NCBI GenBank assembly: GCA_000002445.1 | Contig: CP000067.1 | Coordinates: 1,408,001-1,472,000 of the forward strand | Direction: 5' to 3' | DNA: 64,000 nt | From: Trypanosoma brucei | Taxonomy: Eukaryota | Shown here: piece after piece, positions 10,433-20,793 of the stretch | Numbering within the stretch: the stretch's first letter is position 1 | How the letters are laid out: each line of letters opens with the position of its first letter | Position numbers and translations under genes: made by a program | The notes under the pieces: model-generated | What the model saw: the letters and a program-made list of their open reading frames with translations, nothing else | The model's database searches: none | Told to the model about the DNA's origin: nothing

Positions 10433-12358
10433 TCAGGAGGAAGCGACGCGTTGGTAGATGGCCCGCATATCTGCTGCATCACGTTCCAACAATTCGCTTA
10501 GACCCTCCACACACTGTTGTATGCGCTCTGCAAATCGCGCCCAGTCCCTCAACAGGGCCTGATCTACACGGTTATTCCGCAGGGTACCAACACCTTCTGA
10601 AGGTGTGCAAATGGCGCCCTCTGATCCACCCACCGAATTCCTGCGAAGGAAAGATGTGATAGTTGAAGACTCCGCGTCCAGGAACGGCTGCAATTCTGTC
10701 AACGCCGTCTTGTACATACCTGGTGCCGAGAGTTGGGCACTAAGGGTACTAGCTATGCCGCCCATGCGACTTTCTTCTGCAAGTGGCAGACCCAACTGTC
10801 GCAGAGTCTCTACCTTCATTAACAACGAGTACCAACGGCGCTGAAGCATTGCTTGCTCCTGCTGCAGTTCACGATACTGCGCTGCATTAGCTTCATCAAG
10901 TTCACGGAAGTGGTCAGCTTTCGTTGCAAGCGAATCCACATGCCTTGACATCGCTTCCAGTATCTCTTTCTGCTTCTCTACGCGGTTCTTCAGCTCCTGC
11001 ATGAAGTGCACTCTCGTTGGGTACAAGTGGACGGGATCGGGGTTACGCTGTTGAGCCCGTAGGAGGTCCTCTTCCTTACATTCGCCACCAGCCGCCGCAT
11101 AAATAAGCCGTTCCCGCTCAACCGCCATGATGGATTGCCCAGGTGCACAGACATTGTAAAGAAAGGACCGAAAGCGGCAATTAGGATGCATGGCATTGTA
11201 AGCATGATCAATTTCCAACAGGTAGCGACCCACGGCACTTTGGCAATTGATAACCTGTTGTTGAGAGGCGCCTACCGCATTGGGGCGGGACTCAGCACCA
11301 GCCGCTGTTGAACCAAAAAATGAAACACTTGCGGTTCCAAACCCACCTGCAGTGTTCGGACCAGCTCCGAACCCCCCAGATCCCAAACCACCGGCGGTGT
11401 TGAACCCACTACCAAATCCTCCAGTTGTGGCGGTATTGGCTCCTGCACCAAATCCTCCAGTTGTGACAGTGTTGGCTCCTGCACCAAATCCTCCAGTTGT
11501 GGCGGTGTTGGCTCCTGCACCAAATCCTCCAGTTGTGGCGGTATTGGCTCCTGCACCAAATCCTCCAGTTGTGGCGGTGTTGGCTCCTGCACCAAATCCT
11601 CCAGTTGTGGCGGTATTGGCTCCTGCACCAAATCCTCCAGTTGTGACAGTGTTGGCTCCTGCACCAAATCCTCCAGTTGTGGCGGTGTTGGCTCCTGCAC
11701 CAAATCCTCCAGTTGTGACAGTGTTGGCTCCTGCACCAAATCCTCCAGTTGTGGCGGTATTGGCTCCTGCACCAAATCCTCCAGTTGTGGCGGTGTTGGC
11801 TCCTGCACCAAATCCTCCAGTTGTGACAGTGTTGGCTCCTGCACCAAATCCTCCAGTTGTGGCGGTGTTGGCTCCTGCACCAAATCCTCCAGTTGTGGCG
11901 GTGTTGGCTCCTGCACCAAATCCTCCAGTTGTGGCGGTATTGGCTCCTGCACCAAATCCTCCAGTTGTGGCGGTGTTGGCTCCTGCACCAAATCCTCCAG
12001 TTGTGGCGGTGTTGGCTCCTGCACCAAATCCTCCAGTTGTGGCGGTATTGGCTCCTGCACCAAATCCTCCAGTTGTGACAGTGTTGGCTCCTGCACCAAA
12101 TCCTCCAGTTGTGGCGGTGTTGGCTCCTGCACCAAATCCTCCAGTTGTGACAGTGTTGGCTCCTGCACCAAATCCTCCAGTTGTGGCGGTATTGGCTCCT
12201 GCACCAAATCCTCCAGTTGTGGCGGTGTTGGCTCCTGCACCAAATCCTCCAGTTGTGGCGGTGTTGAATCCACTACCGAACCCTCCTGCCGTTGAGCAGG
12301 CCGGAGCGCCAAAACCACCAGGCGCACCACGACCAAAGCCTGATCCCAGCACACTCAT
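10433..12358 (-). CDS. NUP62: FG-repeat nucleoporin with an Nsp1/Nup62-like C-terminal coiled-coil domain. The track start at 12406 is TTG; the first ATG is at 12358.
   Basis: The N-terminal ~300 aa consist of about 24 tandem 12-residue GGFGAGANT(A/V)TT FG repeats. The C-terminal ~300 aa are a heptad-rich coiled-coil (…ELKNRVEKQKEILEAMSRHVDSLATKADHFRELDEANAAQYRELQQEQAML…), the architecture of central-channel Nup62/Nsp1. Confidence 0.8.
   Translation of the reverse strand: MSVLGSGFGRGAPGGFGAPACSTAGGFGSGFNTATTGGFGAGANTATTGGFGAGANTATTGGFGAGANTVTTGGFGAGANTATTGGFGAGANTVTTGGFGAGANTATTGGFGAGANTATTGGFGAGANTATTGGFGAGANTATTGGFGAGANTATTGGFGAGANTATTGGFGAGANTVTTGGFGAGANTATTGGFGAGANTATTGGFGAGANTVTTGGFGAGANTATTGGFGAGANTVTTGGFGAGANTATTGGFGAGANTATTGGFGAGANTATTGGFGAGANTATTGGFGAGANTVTTGGFGAGANTATTGGFGSGFNTAGGLGSGGFGAGPNTAGGFGTASVSFFGSTAAGAESRPNAVGASQQQVINCQSAVGRYLLEIDHAYNAMHPNCRFRSFLYNVCAPGQSIMAVERERLIYAAAGGECKEEDLLRAQQRNPDPVHLYPTRVHFMQELKNRVEKQKEILEAMSRHVDSLATKADHFRELDEANAAQYRELQQEQAMLQRRWYSLLMKVETLRQLGLPLAEESRMGGIASTLSAQLSAPGMYKTALTELQPFLDAESSTITSFLRRNSVGGSEGAICTPSEGVGTLRNNRVDQALLRDWARFAERIQQCVEGLSELLERDAADMRAIYQRVASS
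11411..12277. repeat. About 24 tandem copies of a 36-bp repeat (ccaaatcctccagttgtggcggt[g/a]ttggctcctgca) encoding the FG repeats of the nucleoporin
   Basis: Read directly from the sequence: near-perfect 36-bp periodicity with only G/A and GGCGGT/GACAGT variants. The same repeats produce long spurious ORFs in the other five frames. Confidence 0.9.
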
Positions 12359-12656
12359 AGACTTTCCTTTCCTTTTTTCCTTAACTTTAAACCATACAAA
12401 TAACAATAGAGAAAGAGTTCTTCACAGCGATAATAGCAATACCCATTTGATCCGTCGCATGATCTAGTATTCTAGGGAAAACACAAGTTTCTGCCACCTC
12501 ACAACTTTCATGCCAACTGAGAACAGCAAAATTCACAAATTTCGAACATAGGTAACATCGCAGTCGTCGCTTTCCTCCCGCCGTCTTTTTATCAGCTCTT
12601 GTATCCAGGAGTCGGGCTGTCATACGACACTAAAGTGGCCTTTCCTTGCTTCGCGC

Positions 12657-12911
12657 TCACTCTTCCTTTTTCAGAAGCTGCGCTCTACGCGCCGGTGGCT
12701 GGCGGTCAATGGCATATTCCTGTATGGCCGCGAGGGGATCCTCAGGCTTGTGAATGAGCAGGTGTTGCAGTATGTCGTGTAGGACCAATGTTATCTCGGG
12801 ATGTCTAGAGATGTACTGCTTGTTGTTGGTGTTAAGTTGTTGTGCGTGCTTCTCAATCCGCACGCGGCTCTCGTAGTCGAAAAATTCCTTCTTGCGAACA
12901 GAGTCACTCAT
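12657..12911 (-). CDS. Small protein of 84 aa with an RIIa/Dpy-30-like dimerisation/docking motif. The track start is GTG; ATG at 12911.
   Basis: MSDSVRKKEFFDYESRVRIEKHAQQLNTNNKQYISRHPEITLVLHDILQHLLIHKPEDPLAAIQEYA. The xxIPxxLxxLLxxLxxxxLxxxPxDPxxFxxxYF pattern is typical of RIIa/DPY-30 docking domains found on flagellar and PKA-associated proteins. Confidence 0.45.
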   Translation of the reverse strand: MSDSVRKKEFFDYESRVRIEKHAQQLNTNNKQYISRHPEITLVLHDILQHLLIHKPEDPLAAIQEYAIDRQPPARRAQLLKKEE

Positions 12912-13393
12912 TTTCTCTCTATTTTGGTACCGAACACGAAGTGGGTATACGAGCACCGCTAACAGCACACGGAAGAGTCCAGAAAAAGGAAGGACTCGGG
13001 TCTACTTTTTGGAGCCGCTTTGAAAAATTTCTTCCGCAAAGAAAGGATAAGGGTTGATTTGTCCGAAATATCAGTGGTTTAGAAACTGGGGGAGGGGTCG
13101 CTAAGGCAGGAGTGGGAGTGGGAGTGTGGAGGAGAGTAGGGAGTAAACGAATAGCACCAAGAGGCGCCCTCGCGCAGATGTGTTCTTCAACAAATATGCG
13201 ATGAACACATACTTAAACACAATGCAGTGAACAATAATCTGAAGATTTCGAGGAAACTCTAAAATATTCTCCGCATCCCCTAAAAATTACCCACCGTGTG
13301 GTGACCAAATTATCTCATTTCTTCCGACATCAGTTTACACTCCGAAGCTAAGCACGCACGTGCGTCCCCCCCTCGTATAGAAAAAAAACCTAA

Positions 13394-13413
13394 ATATATA
13401 TATATATATATAT
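13394..13413. repeat. (AT)10 microsatellite
   Basis: Read directly from the sequence. Confidence 0.9.
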
Positions 13414-13558
13414 GTCTGTTGGCCCCTCCCCGGTATATTCCCCAGCTTTACCACTTTTCAGAAATCTTCGCTTGTATTTCCTTCCCCTTATCAATGACAG
13501 TAAGAGACCGAAAGATCAGGGGTTCAGAAACCATTTGAGCGTCTCAAACGGCGGAAAG

Positions 13559-14521
13559 TTACCCTGTGTTGATCGCCGCGTCCCTCGCCAAGCCGCTACC
13601 TCCGACCTCGCTCTTCGTATCATCTGTAGGTTGATCCTTCACGCCCTCCCTCCATAGATTCATTATTTCCTGATGCGTCTGTTTTTCCAAGAAAACTTTC
13701 CAGGTGTCGAGCATGTCTTCATACGCGGATTTGTAAGACTGAAGGTTGCTCCACGACTGACTGGCAAGGTTGCTGCCACGCCACGGCAAGTACTTCTGGA
13801 CGAAGTGTGGTATTGCGACCAATGCTGCTTTTAACAAGGGAGGTTTGTCGTTGAACTGCTTTAACACCGCATCCACAATGTACCAATAGTGCATTAGAAG
13901 CTGAGGCTGCTGGTTCTGCACGGATTCATTGAAGCACTGGTCCATCACCTCCATTACTTTCACAACGGCCACAGGATTCACACATAGCGTGTCGCATATA
14001 GTGGTGACCACAGTAATAGAGCGCTGCGTGCACCGTTCGCTGAACTCCAGGTCAATAATACGCCGTAGAAGCTTCTGCAGATCTTTGTACTTCTCCTTTT
14101 CACTAGTATCCACACCTTTGTCAATCTCGGCCCTAGACGTCACAGCTCTGGTACCCTCACTTTTTTCACTAATGGAACCGGTGCAGGCATTAGTATCAAC
14201 ACCGGTTTCAACCGTAGCCCGTGAGCTGCCATTCTGTTTAGCAGCGTTTCCATGTGTGTTAGTGATAACAGATTCGCAGTTGACGTCGTTTGGTGGTGCT
14301 GCAACGACAATGAAATTTTCATTGAGGCCATAACTTCCCGTTACCGATGGCACATCCGTTGCCGTATATGGTGGTGGATCACGGTCGTAGGTACGGCGGG
14401 GGTGACGTGTATAAGATGTGTTCCAATTGCGTGTGTGTTTGTTCGCTCGTTGATACCCACCACTGTACCCTTCCCGTATGTGTGGAGTTCGTGCCACTGG
14501 GTAGTGTGCATTGGGAAACAT
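13559..14521 (-). CDS. Hypothetical protein of 320 aa. It may contain a CID/RPR-like helical domain (RNA-processing factor type).
   Basis: Genuine ATG. Residues ~150-260 (YKDLQKLLRRIIDLEF…ITVVTTICDTLCVNPVAVVKVMEVMDQCF…QLLMHYWYIVDAVLKQFNDKPP…AIPHFVQKYLPW) are weakly reminiscent of the 8-helix CID fold (…KLxxLYLxNDVLQNSK…). N- and C-terminal regions are low complexity. Confidence 0.4.
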   Translation of the reverse strand: MFPNAHYPVARTPHIREGYSGGYQRANKHTRNWNTSYTRHPRRTYDRDPPPYTATDVPSVTGSYGLNENFIVVAAPPNDVNCESVITNTHGNAAKQNGSSRATVETGVDTNACTGSISEKSEGTRAVTSRAEIDKGVDTSEKEKYKDLQKLLRRIIDLEFSERCTQRSITVVTTICDTLCVNPVAVVKVMEVMDQCFNESVQNQQPQLLMHYWYIVDAVLKQFNDKPPLLKAALVAIPHFVQKYLPWRGSNLASQSWSNLQSYKSAYEDMLDTWKVFLEKQTHQEIMNLWREGVKDQPTDDTKSEVGGSGLARDAAINTG

Positions 14522-14851
14522 AACACTCCGTCGTGTTTTCCTTTTCCCCTTACCCCCTTCCCCTTTTTCTTTTTTTTGTTTCCTGTGCCGAGACGGTTGC
14601 CCACTTACACCTCAGTGAGTCTCTGGGAACGGATGTCGATGCGTGAAGAGGGGCAGAAGACGAAAAAAGAGCAAAACCAAAGAAAAGTAATAGTAGTAAA
14701 AGTAATAATAATAATAGTAATTGAAAAACACCAATCCATATATTAAATAAATCAATTACACGTGACTGACGGTATGGGACACATCGATGTGACTCCAACA
14801 CGAGTGCGTGCAATATATGGAGGAGAAAAGAAACGTAAACAAATATGTACT

Positions 14852-14874
14852 TATATATATATATATATATATAT
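14852..14874. repeat. (TA)n microsatellite
   Basis: Read directly from the sequence. Confidence 0.9.
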
Positions 14875-14970
14875 CATAAACAGATGTTTTTTCCACTGCA
14901 AACTCTCGAACAAAAGGAAGAATGAATAAGTAATAGGTGCACAGAGATGTGAGCACACCACATCTTATCA

Positions 14971-15666
14971 CTACACGTCATCTTCCGAGAATATGGAATC
15001 AACATCTGATGGTGCTGCCACACGCACTTCCCCTAGCAACAGTAACTCATTTCTGTCCTCCGAATGGCGGCGTGGAGAACAGAGCCGTCGAACCGGTAAC
15101 CCGCGGCCATAATTGTCAACGTCATCCCGTACGTTGCCTCGGTGGCCTCCACTGTTGTCATTCTCGCTACCTTCTGTATTGGCAGCATTACTTCTGTTGT
15201 TTGGTGAACCGTTTGAGCGCTTCCGCCTCCGGTTCAAACTGCGTGAGGCGCTGTTGAGAGCATCATGACGCTTCAGTGTATCATGTATGAACCAGAGGAG
15301 CTGCTTGACGTCCAATAATTGTGACGACTGCGTTACCCAGCGCATGGAGGAGGTAACTGACGGAACTTCAGAGGTGCTGAAGTCGCTAATGTTCGTGCGG
15401 TTACTGAAACCGCCACCTCCACCAACAAAGTCACGATTTCTACCACCGTCAACATTATTGTCTCTGTTGTTGGGACCAAAGAGGTTATATGAGGTGACTT
15501 CCTCACGTGCGGCAATAAGGGCATAGCGCTGTACCAACAAAAGTGCATCGCGATACCCAGCGTCATATGAATAAGTCGCATCACGGTACAACTCAGACAC
15601 ACTTTTTGCCGCTTCTGAAAAGCGTTGGCGCAAACCCTCCCGACCGTTATTCGGGGGTATCGGCAT
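14971..15666 (-). CDS. Hypothetical low-complexity protein (N/S/R/G-rich), 231 aa from the first ATG. The track start is TTG.
   Basis: Long ORF on the same strand as its neighbours with no recognisable domain. The start codon is uncertain. Confidence 0.35.
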   Translation of the reverse strand: MPIPPNNGREGLRQRFSEAAKSVSELYRDATYSYDAGYRDALLLVQRYALIAAREEVTSYNLFGPNNRDNNVDGGRNRDFVGGGGGFSNRTNISDFSTSEVPSVTSSMRWVTQSSQLLDVKQLLWFIHDTLKRHDALNSASRSLNRRRKRSNGSPNNRSNAANTEGSENDNSGGHRGNVRDDVDNYGRGLPVRRLCSPRRHSEDRNELLLLGEVRVAAPSDVDSIFSEDDV

Positions 15667-16684
15667 TCGTTGGTTCCTCTCGTCTACTCTTTCCTCTGCA
15701 AAGGTCCCCTTCCCACACTGTTGACAAGGTGCAGAGACGATAACTATCTTAACAGAGGGTTTCAAATATGTAATAGTTACGTTGAAAAAGCAAAAAAAAA
15801 AACAATATCGATTTGAGTGAAATAAAATATTAAAAACAGAAAAAAAAGGAGGCAGAGACTAATACTAAAAAGAAAAAAAATACGCAAGGAAGATTACGAA
15901 TATATACACGCGTGACTTCAAGTTCATACCGCCGGCACGCCCCCTTTCACATTGAGTGTACGATGCTTGAATAAAAAATAATACGATTCAAGAAAAAACA
16001 AAAAAAACTGTTGGCGGCAACCGTGCGGGCATCACATGGCGTCTCCACAACAGCGAGAAGAAACGCTTAGGGTTCACCTCATATATGCGAAGAACGTTTA
16101 CATGCCGCGTTGTTTCCTTCCTGTAAAGCACCTTGAGGTGTGGCAGCATAAAGGAAATAAACAGAGAACAACGGTAATGGATACGTCGCTACATTTAAGC
16201 ACACATTTTTTTTTGTGTGTGTGTGGGGGCCGAGGTGGGTCGTTTGGTCCGTAATATACCAGAGGTGTATGCCTTAGGACACGTCTACAGAGTGATTAAT
16301 TCCCTTTAAACTCCTACCGACTGTTTGCGTACTTTCACCAACGATCACACACATAAAATAATAATCAAAGGAATCCTTCACCGAAGAGAATTCACATTGC
16401 ACTGCATGCGATGCCACGAGCCATCAAAAGGGTTGTATGAAGAAACTAACTCATCATTACTAAACCTCCTACCGGCACCAACTGTCATTGAAGTATATCT
16501 GTTGATTCAGCCACAAGATGTCAATCGTCTCTGACTCTTCCACACACGTGCGCACACATGCTTCAAACTAACGCAACCGCACATGCAGAAAAAGAAAGAT
16601 CATGGAGACTATAGGCGTTTCACAGGTAGTTAATAACAAAGCAAACGCATTAGAAATATAATAGCAATACACAACAGAGGGGAA

Positions 16685-16710
16685 ATATATATATATATAT
16701 ATATATATAT
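16685..16710. repeat. (AT)13 microsatellite
   Basis: Read directly from the sequence. Confidence 0.9.
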
Positions 16711-17329
16711 TCTTTTTGCTTCTGGTTACTCATAAAGTTCCGCTCTCAAGTTTACATTACTCCGCACTCATCACATAAAACAATCACGTACGTTACCATC
16801 AAATATATATCAACACCATCTCGTGTAACCGAATGGCGCAGCCACAAATATTACCCACAAGTTCGGTAGACATCAACATCGGAAAGCATCATAAATCAGA
16901 TGGTTTCTTCTACATCATACGGGCGCTCTTCCTCCAACGACAAAAACAAAATGAAAAGAACAAGGGAACAAAAAAGTATGGAGCCACTACAGATTGCAGC
17001 AGTGTAAAAATTTTTAAAAAAAGCAGCAAGGGATATCTAAGAGAAACACTTTCTGAATTAAGCCAAGTGTAGGAAACATAATTATACTACCGCTCCAGCA
17101 CAAATGTGTGCAAAAAAAAAATAAATAAGTAATACAACCATCAAGAAAACTCGTATCCGCTCCGTGGCGCACCAAAACGTTAAAAAAATAAAGGAAGTGG
17201 CAAGACAACCGATCGTAAGTACACAGAAAAGCGTACAATTCACTAATGACCCCCCCCAAAAAAAATAAAACAAAAACAGCCCATTACATGGGTTAGTTAA
17301 AAAATAAAAACAAATGTAATCATCACAAA

Positions 17330-18478
17330 TCAATGCTGAAAACAAGGTAGCGTGCCGCTACCGGGATACAACCATCGAACCGCCGACGGTTTATCTCCTC
17401 CTTCCCCAACAGGAAAGATATCGAACAACTCATTGTAATGTTCCTCACTAACATGGTGTATCACAACAGATTTATTTGAAATGTATTTTCTAACGCTACC
17501 AGGACCCGCATTGTGAAACCGGCACGCTTTCGTATCCACACTTATTAGGTTTCTGTACACTACCTTTTCTCTCAGTATCATTCCAACCATCACATCTTCA
17601 TAGAACATGCCAAGATCAAGAAAGTCAAAATAGTCCCACATAGAAAAGGGCATGTTCACTAGACGCTCAAGAGGTTTATACGAAATGATGGCTTGTGCAG
17701 TGTCCCTGGAGAGAGTAATGCAATATCCGTTCACATATGTAAGTTGGTTACGCCGCCATATCCGGTTATAGTAGTTGTAACGACCCATATACAAACCATG
17801 ACGAGGCATTACACGAAGGTCCGCAAGGTATTTTGGAACACGAATAAATATGTCATCATCACCCTTCACAATGTAACTTACGTTAGGAAACATGTGAAGA
17901 GCAAATCGAAGCCACAAATATGTTTTCCGGCTCATCGCAACCTCAGCCTCAATTCCCCAGTTTCCATTCTCACCAATCTTCTTCCGTGTGGATGGAGAGA
18001 CATCATTTGTTGGTAGTGTAATAATGTCATGTGTACGTGCGGCCTCTTCCTTTAGTGAGTGTGAAATCAAATAACTGTTTGACTGATGTGGTGCGAGAAG
18101 ATATAATGGCAGGAGACTCCCACTAAAGTTGTTTGATCGTGTGGCCACGCCACTATACTTCCAGCATGTCTGTCGCTGCAAGTCACGCCGCCTGCTTCTC
18201 TCACTGTTGTCCACAGAAGGAATTCCAAGGACGGCTAGGAATCTTTGTGCCTTCCACACGGCAGCAACATTAGACGGAACGAACATCAAATATTCATCCT
18301 CGTCTATCGGTTGTGAAACTCCAGCCTGATTTTCATCTAAAAAAGTAGATACCACATGAATTCTATGTAAGTTGCAGCAGATAATCAAGAGTGACATCAC
18401 AAGTAGAAGTATCACTGCTATGTCTGCTGTACGTGGCCTCCTCCTCGCTTGTGTTGGTCGCATCTTCAGCGGTGACAT
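17330..18478 (-). CDS. Type-II membrane glycosyltransferase of the GT31/GT67 family (UDP-Gal/UDP-GlcNAc-dependent beta-1,3 transferase-like). This is the array-edge paralogue with a divergent C-terminal ~70 aa.
   Basis: Starts at the first ATG (MSPLKMRPTQARRRPRTADIAVILLLVMSLLIICCNL), giving a short cytosolic tail and a signal-anchor. It has the 'PNVSYIVKGDDDIFIRV' DxD motif typical of beta3-GalT/GnT and fringe enzymes. The last ~70 aa differ from the other copies but are homologous (…SVDTKACRFHNAGPGSVRKYISNKSVVIHHVSEEHYNELF…). Confidence 0.6.
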   Translation of the reverse strand: MSPLKMRPTQARRRPRTADIAVILLLVMSLLIICCNLHRIHVVSTFLDENQAGVSQPIDEDEYLMFVPSNVAAVWKAQRFLAVLGIPSVDNSERSRRRDLQRQTCWKYSGVATRSNNFSGSLLPLYLLAPHQSNSYLISHSLKEEAARTHDIITLPTNDVSPSTRKKIGENGNWGIEAEVAMSRKTYLWLRFALHMFPNVSYIVKGDDDIFIRVPKYLADLRVMPRHGLYMGRYNYYNRIWRRNQLTYVNGYCITLSRDTAQAIISYKPLERLVNMPFSMWDYFDFLDLGMFYEDVMVGMILREKVVYRNLISVDTKACRFHNAGPGSVRKYISNKSVVIHHVSEEHYNELFDIFPVGEGGDKPSAVRWLYPGSGTLPCFQH

Positions 18479-19034
18479 GTCTACAAAGAAGTTATCGAGG
18501 GAAAAACAATTTAAATTGGCAAATGCGAGAATTCGCGCAGTCGTTAGCAACACAATTAGCTGACAAATTCATGTTCATCACAATTCAATGTAGACCGCTA
18601 TGAAAGAACTCATAAAGGTCGTATGAGGCATGAGGATATACGTCCACGAGGGAGACATTTGAAATCATGAATATCTCAACAGTTATTAAACTTTACAACT
18701 TAAGTAGGACATCCACTCCCAAACTAGGCAATATTTTAAAAGTTACATTTGGGGGAAAGGGACCGTTAATCACGGTTTCGAACGATACCCAAAAACTGTT
18801 CATAACCAAACCTCCCAGTTTTGACCGAAACGAAACGGCGTAACTGTCATGTGATCAACAAATGAGTTCCAAGGAAAAATAATCAACGAACGGTATAGTA
18901 TGCCGTCGGTTATTACACACAGACACACACACACAGAAAGTAACTAAAGTGTTTCAGGAATAGGAGTGACGCTAATACAATCCTAACAAACTATAGGGTG
19001 AGGGATCTCATAGTTCCCAAGCAACCTCAATAAT

Positions 19035-20237
19035 TCAGGCCCTCTTACGCCAAAAGGGAAAAGAAGGTAGGATTTCTCTTTTCCGTCCAAGTCGGAATTC
19101 ACACTGCATCGCCGCCCAATTGCTATTCAACCACATTAGCTTTGAGGGTGCCGGTGGTATTACACCTTCAGGAAAGTAGTCCATTAACATTTCGTAATCG
19201 GCTTCCTGTATGTGGTGTATCACAACAGACATGTTCCTAACGCTCTTCTTCACACCAAACTTGCCCGCATTGTGAAAGTGACAACGACCCATCTCCACAC
19301 TTATTAGGTTTCTGTACACTACCTTTTCTCTCAGTATCATTCCAACCATCACATCTTCATAGAACATGCCAAGATCAAGAAAGTCAAAATAGTCCCACAT
19401 AGAAAAGGGCATGTTCACTAGACGCTCAAGAGGTTTATACGAGATGATGGCTTGTGCAGTGTCCCTGGAGAGAGTAATGCAATATCCGTTCACATATGTA
19501 AGTTGGTTACGCCGCCATATCCGGTTATAGTAGTTGTAACGACCCATATACAAACCATGACGAGGCATTACACGAAGGTCCGCAAGGTATTTTGGAACAC
19601 GAATAAATATGTCATCATCACCCTTCACAATGTAACTTACGTTAGGAAACATGTGAAGAGCAAACCGAAGCCACAAATATGTTTTCCGACTCATCGCAAC
19701 CTCAGCCTCAATTCCCCAGTTTCCATTCTCACCAATCTTCTTCCGTGTGGATGGAGAGACATCATTTGTTGGTAGTGTAATAATGTCATGTGTACGTGCG
19801 GCCTCTTCCTTTAGTGAGTGTGAAATCAAATAACTGTTTGACTGATGTGGTGCGAGAAGATATAATGGCAGGAGACTCCCACTAAAGTTGTTTGATCGTG
19901 TGGCCACGCCACTATACTTCCAGCATGTCTGTCGCTGCAAGTCACGCCGCCTGCTTCTCTCACTGTTGTCCACAGAAGGAATTCCAAGGACGGCTAGGAA
20001 TCTTTGTGCCTTCCACACGGCAGCAACATTAGACGGAACGAACATCAAATATTCATCTTCGTCTATCGGTTGTGAAACTCCAGCCTGATTTTCATCTAAA
20101 AAAGTAGATACCACATGAATTCTATGTAAGTTGCAGCAGATAATCAAGAGTGACATCACAAGTAGAAGTATCACTGCTATGTCTGCTGTACGTGGCCTCC
20201 TCCTCGCTTGTGTTGGTCGCATCTTCAGCGGTGACAT
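19035..20237 (-). CDS. GT31/GT67-like type-II glycosyltransferase, array copy 2 (400 aa from the first ATG; subtype V/D/Y)
   Basis: Same evidence as above. Variant residues are HRIHVVSTF / IDEDEY / LPLYLL. Confidence 0.6.
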   Translation of the reverse strand: MSPLKMRPTQARRRPRTADIAVILLLVMSLLIICCNLHRIHVVSTFLDENQAGVSQPIDEDEYLMFVPSNVAAVWKAQRFLAVLGIPSVDNSERSRRRDLQRQTCWKYSGVATRSNNFSGSLLPLYLLAPHQSNSYLISHSLKEEAARTHDIITLPTNDVSPSTRKKIGENGNWGIEAEVAMSRKTYLWLRFALHMFPNVSYIVKGDDDIFIRVPKYLADLRVMPRHGLYMGRYNYYNRIWRRNQLTYVNGYCITLSRDTAQAIISYKPLERLVNMPFSMWDYFDFLDLGMFYEDVMVGMILREKVVYRNLISVEMGRCHFHNAGKFGVKKSVRNMSVVIHHIQEADYEMLMDYFPEGVIPPAPSKLMWLNSNWAAMQCEFRLGRKREILPSFPFWRKRA

Positions 20238-20793
20238 GTCTACAAAGAAGTTATCGAGGGAAAAACAATTTAAATTGGCAAATGCGAGAATTCGCGCAGT
20301 TGTTAGAAACACAATTAGCTGACAAATTCATGTTCATCACAATTCAATGTAGACCGCTATGAAAGAACTCATAAAGGTCGTATGAGGCATGAGGATATAC
20401 GTCCACGAGGGAGACATTTGAAATCATGAATATCTCAACAGTTATTAAACTTTACAACTTAAGTAGGACATCCACTCCCAAACTAGGCAATATTTTAAAA
20501 GTTACATTTGGGGGAAAGGGACCGTTAATCACGGTTTCGAACGATACCCAAAAACTGTTCATAACCAAACCTCCCAGTTTTGACCGAAACGAAACGGCGT
20601 AACTGTCATGTGATCAACAAATGAGTTCCAAGGAAAAATAATCAACGAACGGTATAGTATGCCGTCGGTTATTACACACAGACACACACACACAGAAAGT
20701 AACTAAAGTGTTTCAGGAATAGGAGTGACGCTAATACAATCCTAACAAACTATAGGGTGAGGGATCTCATAGTTCCCAAGCAACCTCAATAAT

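Noticed and set aside
11280-12467. 395-aa (+) strand ORF (PAPNPPVVAVLA repeats), plus a 360-aa minus-strand alternative-frame ORF (PPQLEDLVQEP repeats) at 11272-12354, and 73-aa 'WRCWLLHQILQL' ORFs
   Set aside because: All three are frame or antisense translations of the same 36-bp FG-repeat DNA. A long periodic repeat stays open in several frames. Only the GGFGAGANTATT frame continues into a non-repetitive, conserved coiled-coil domain with a proper ATG.
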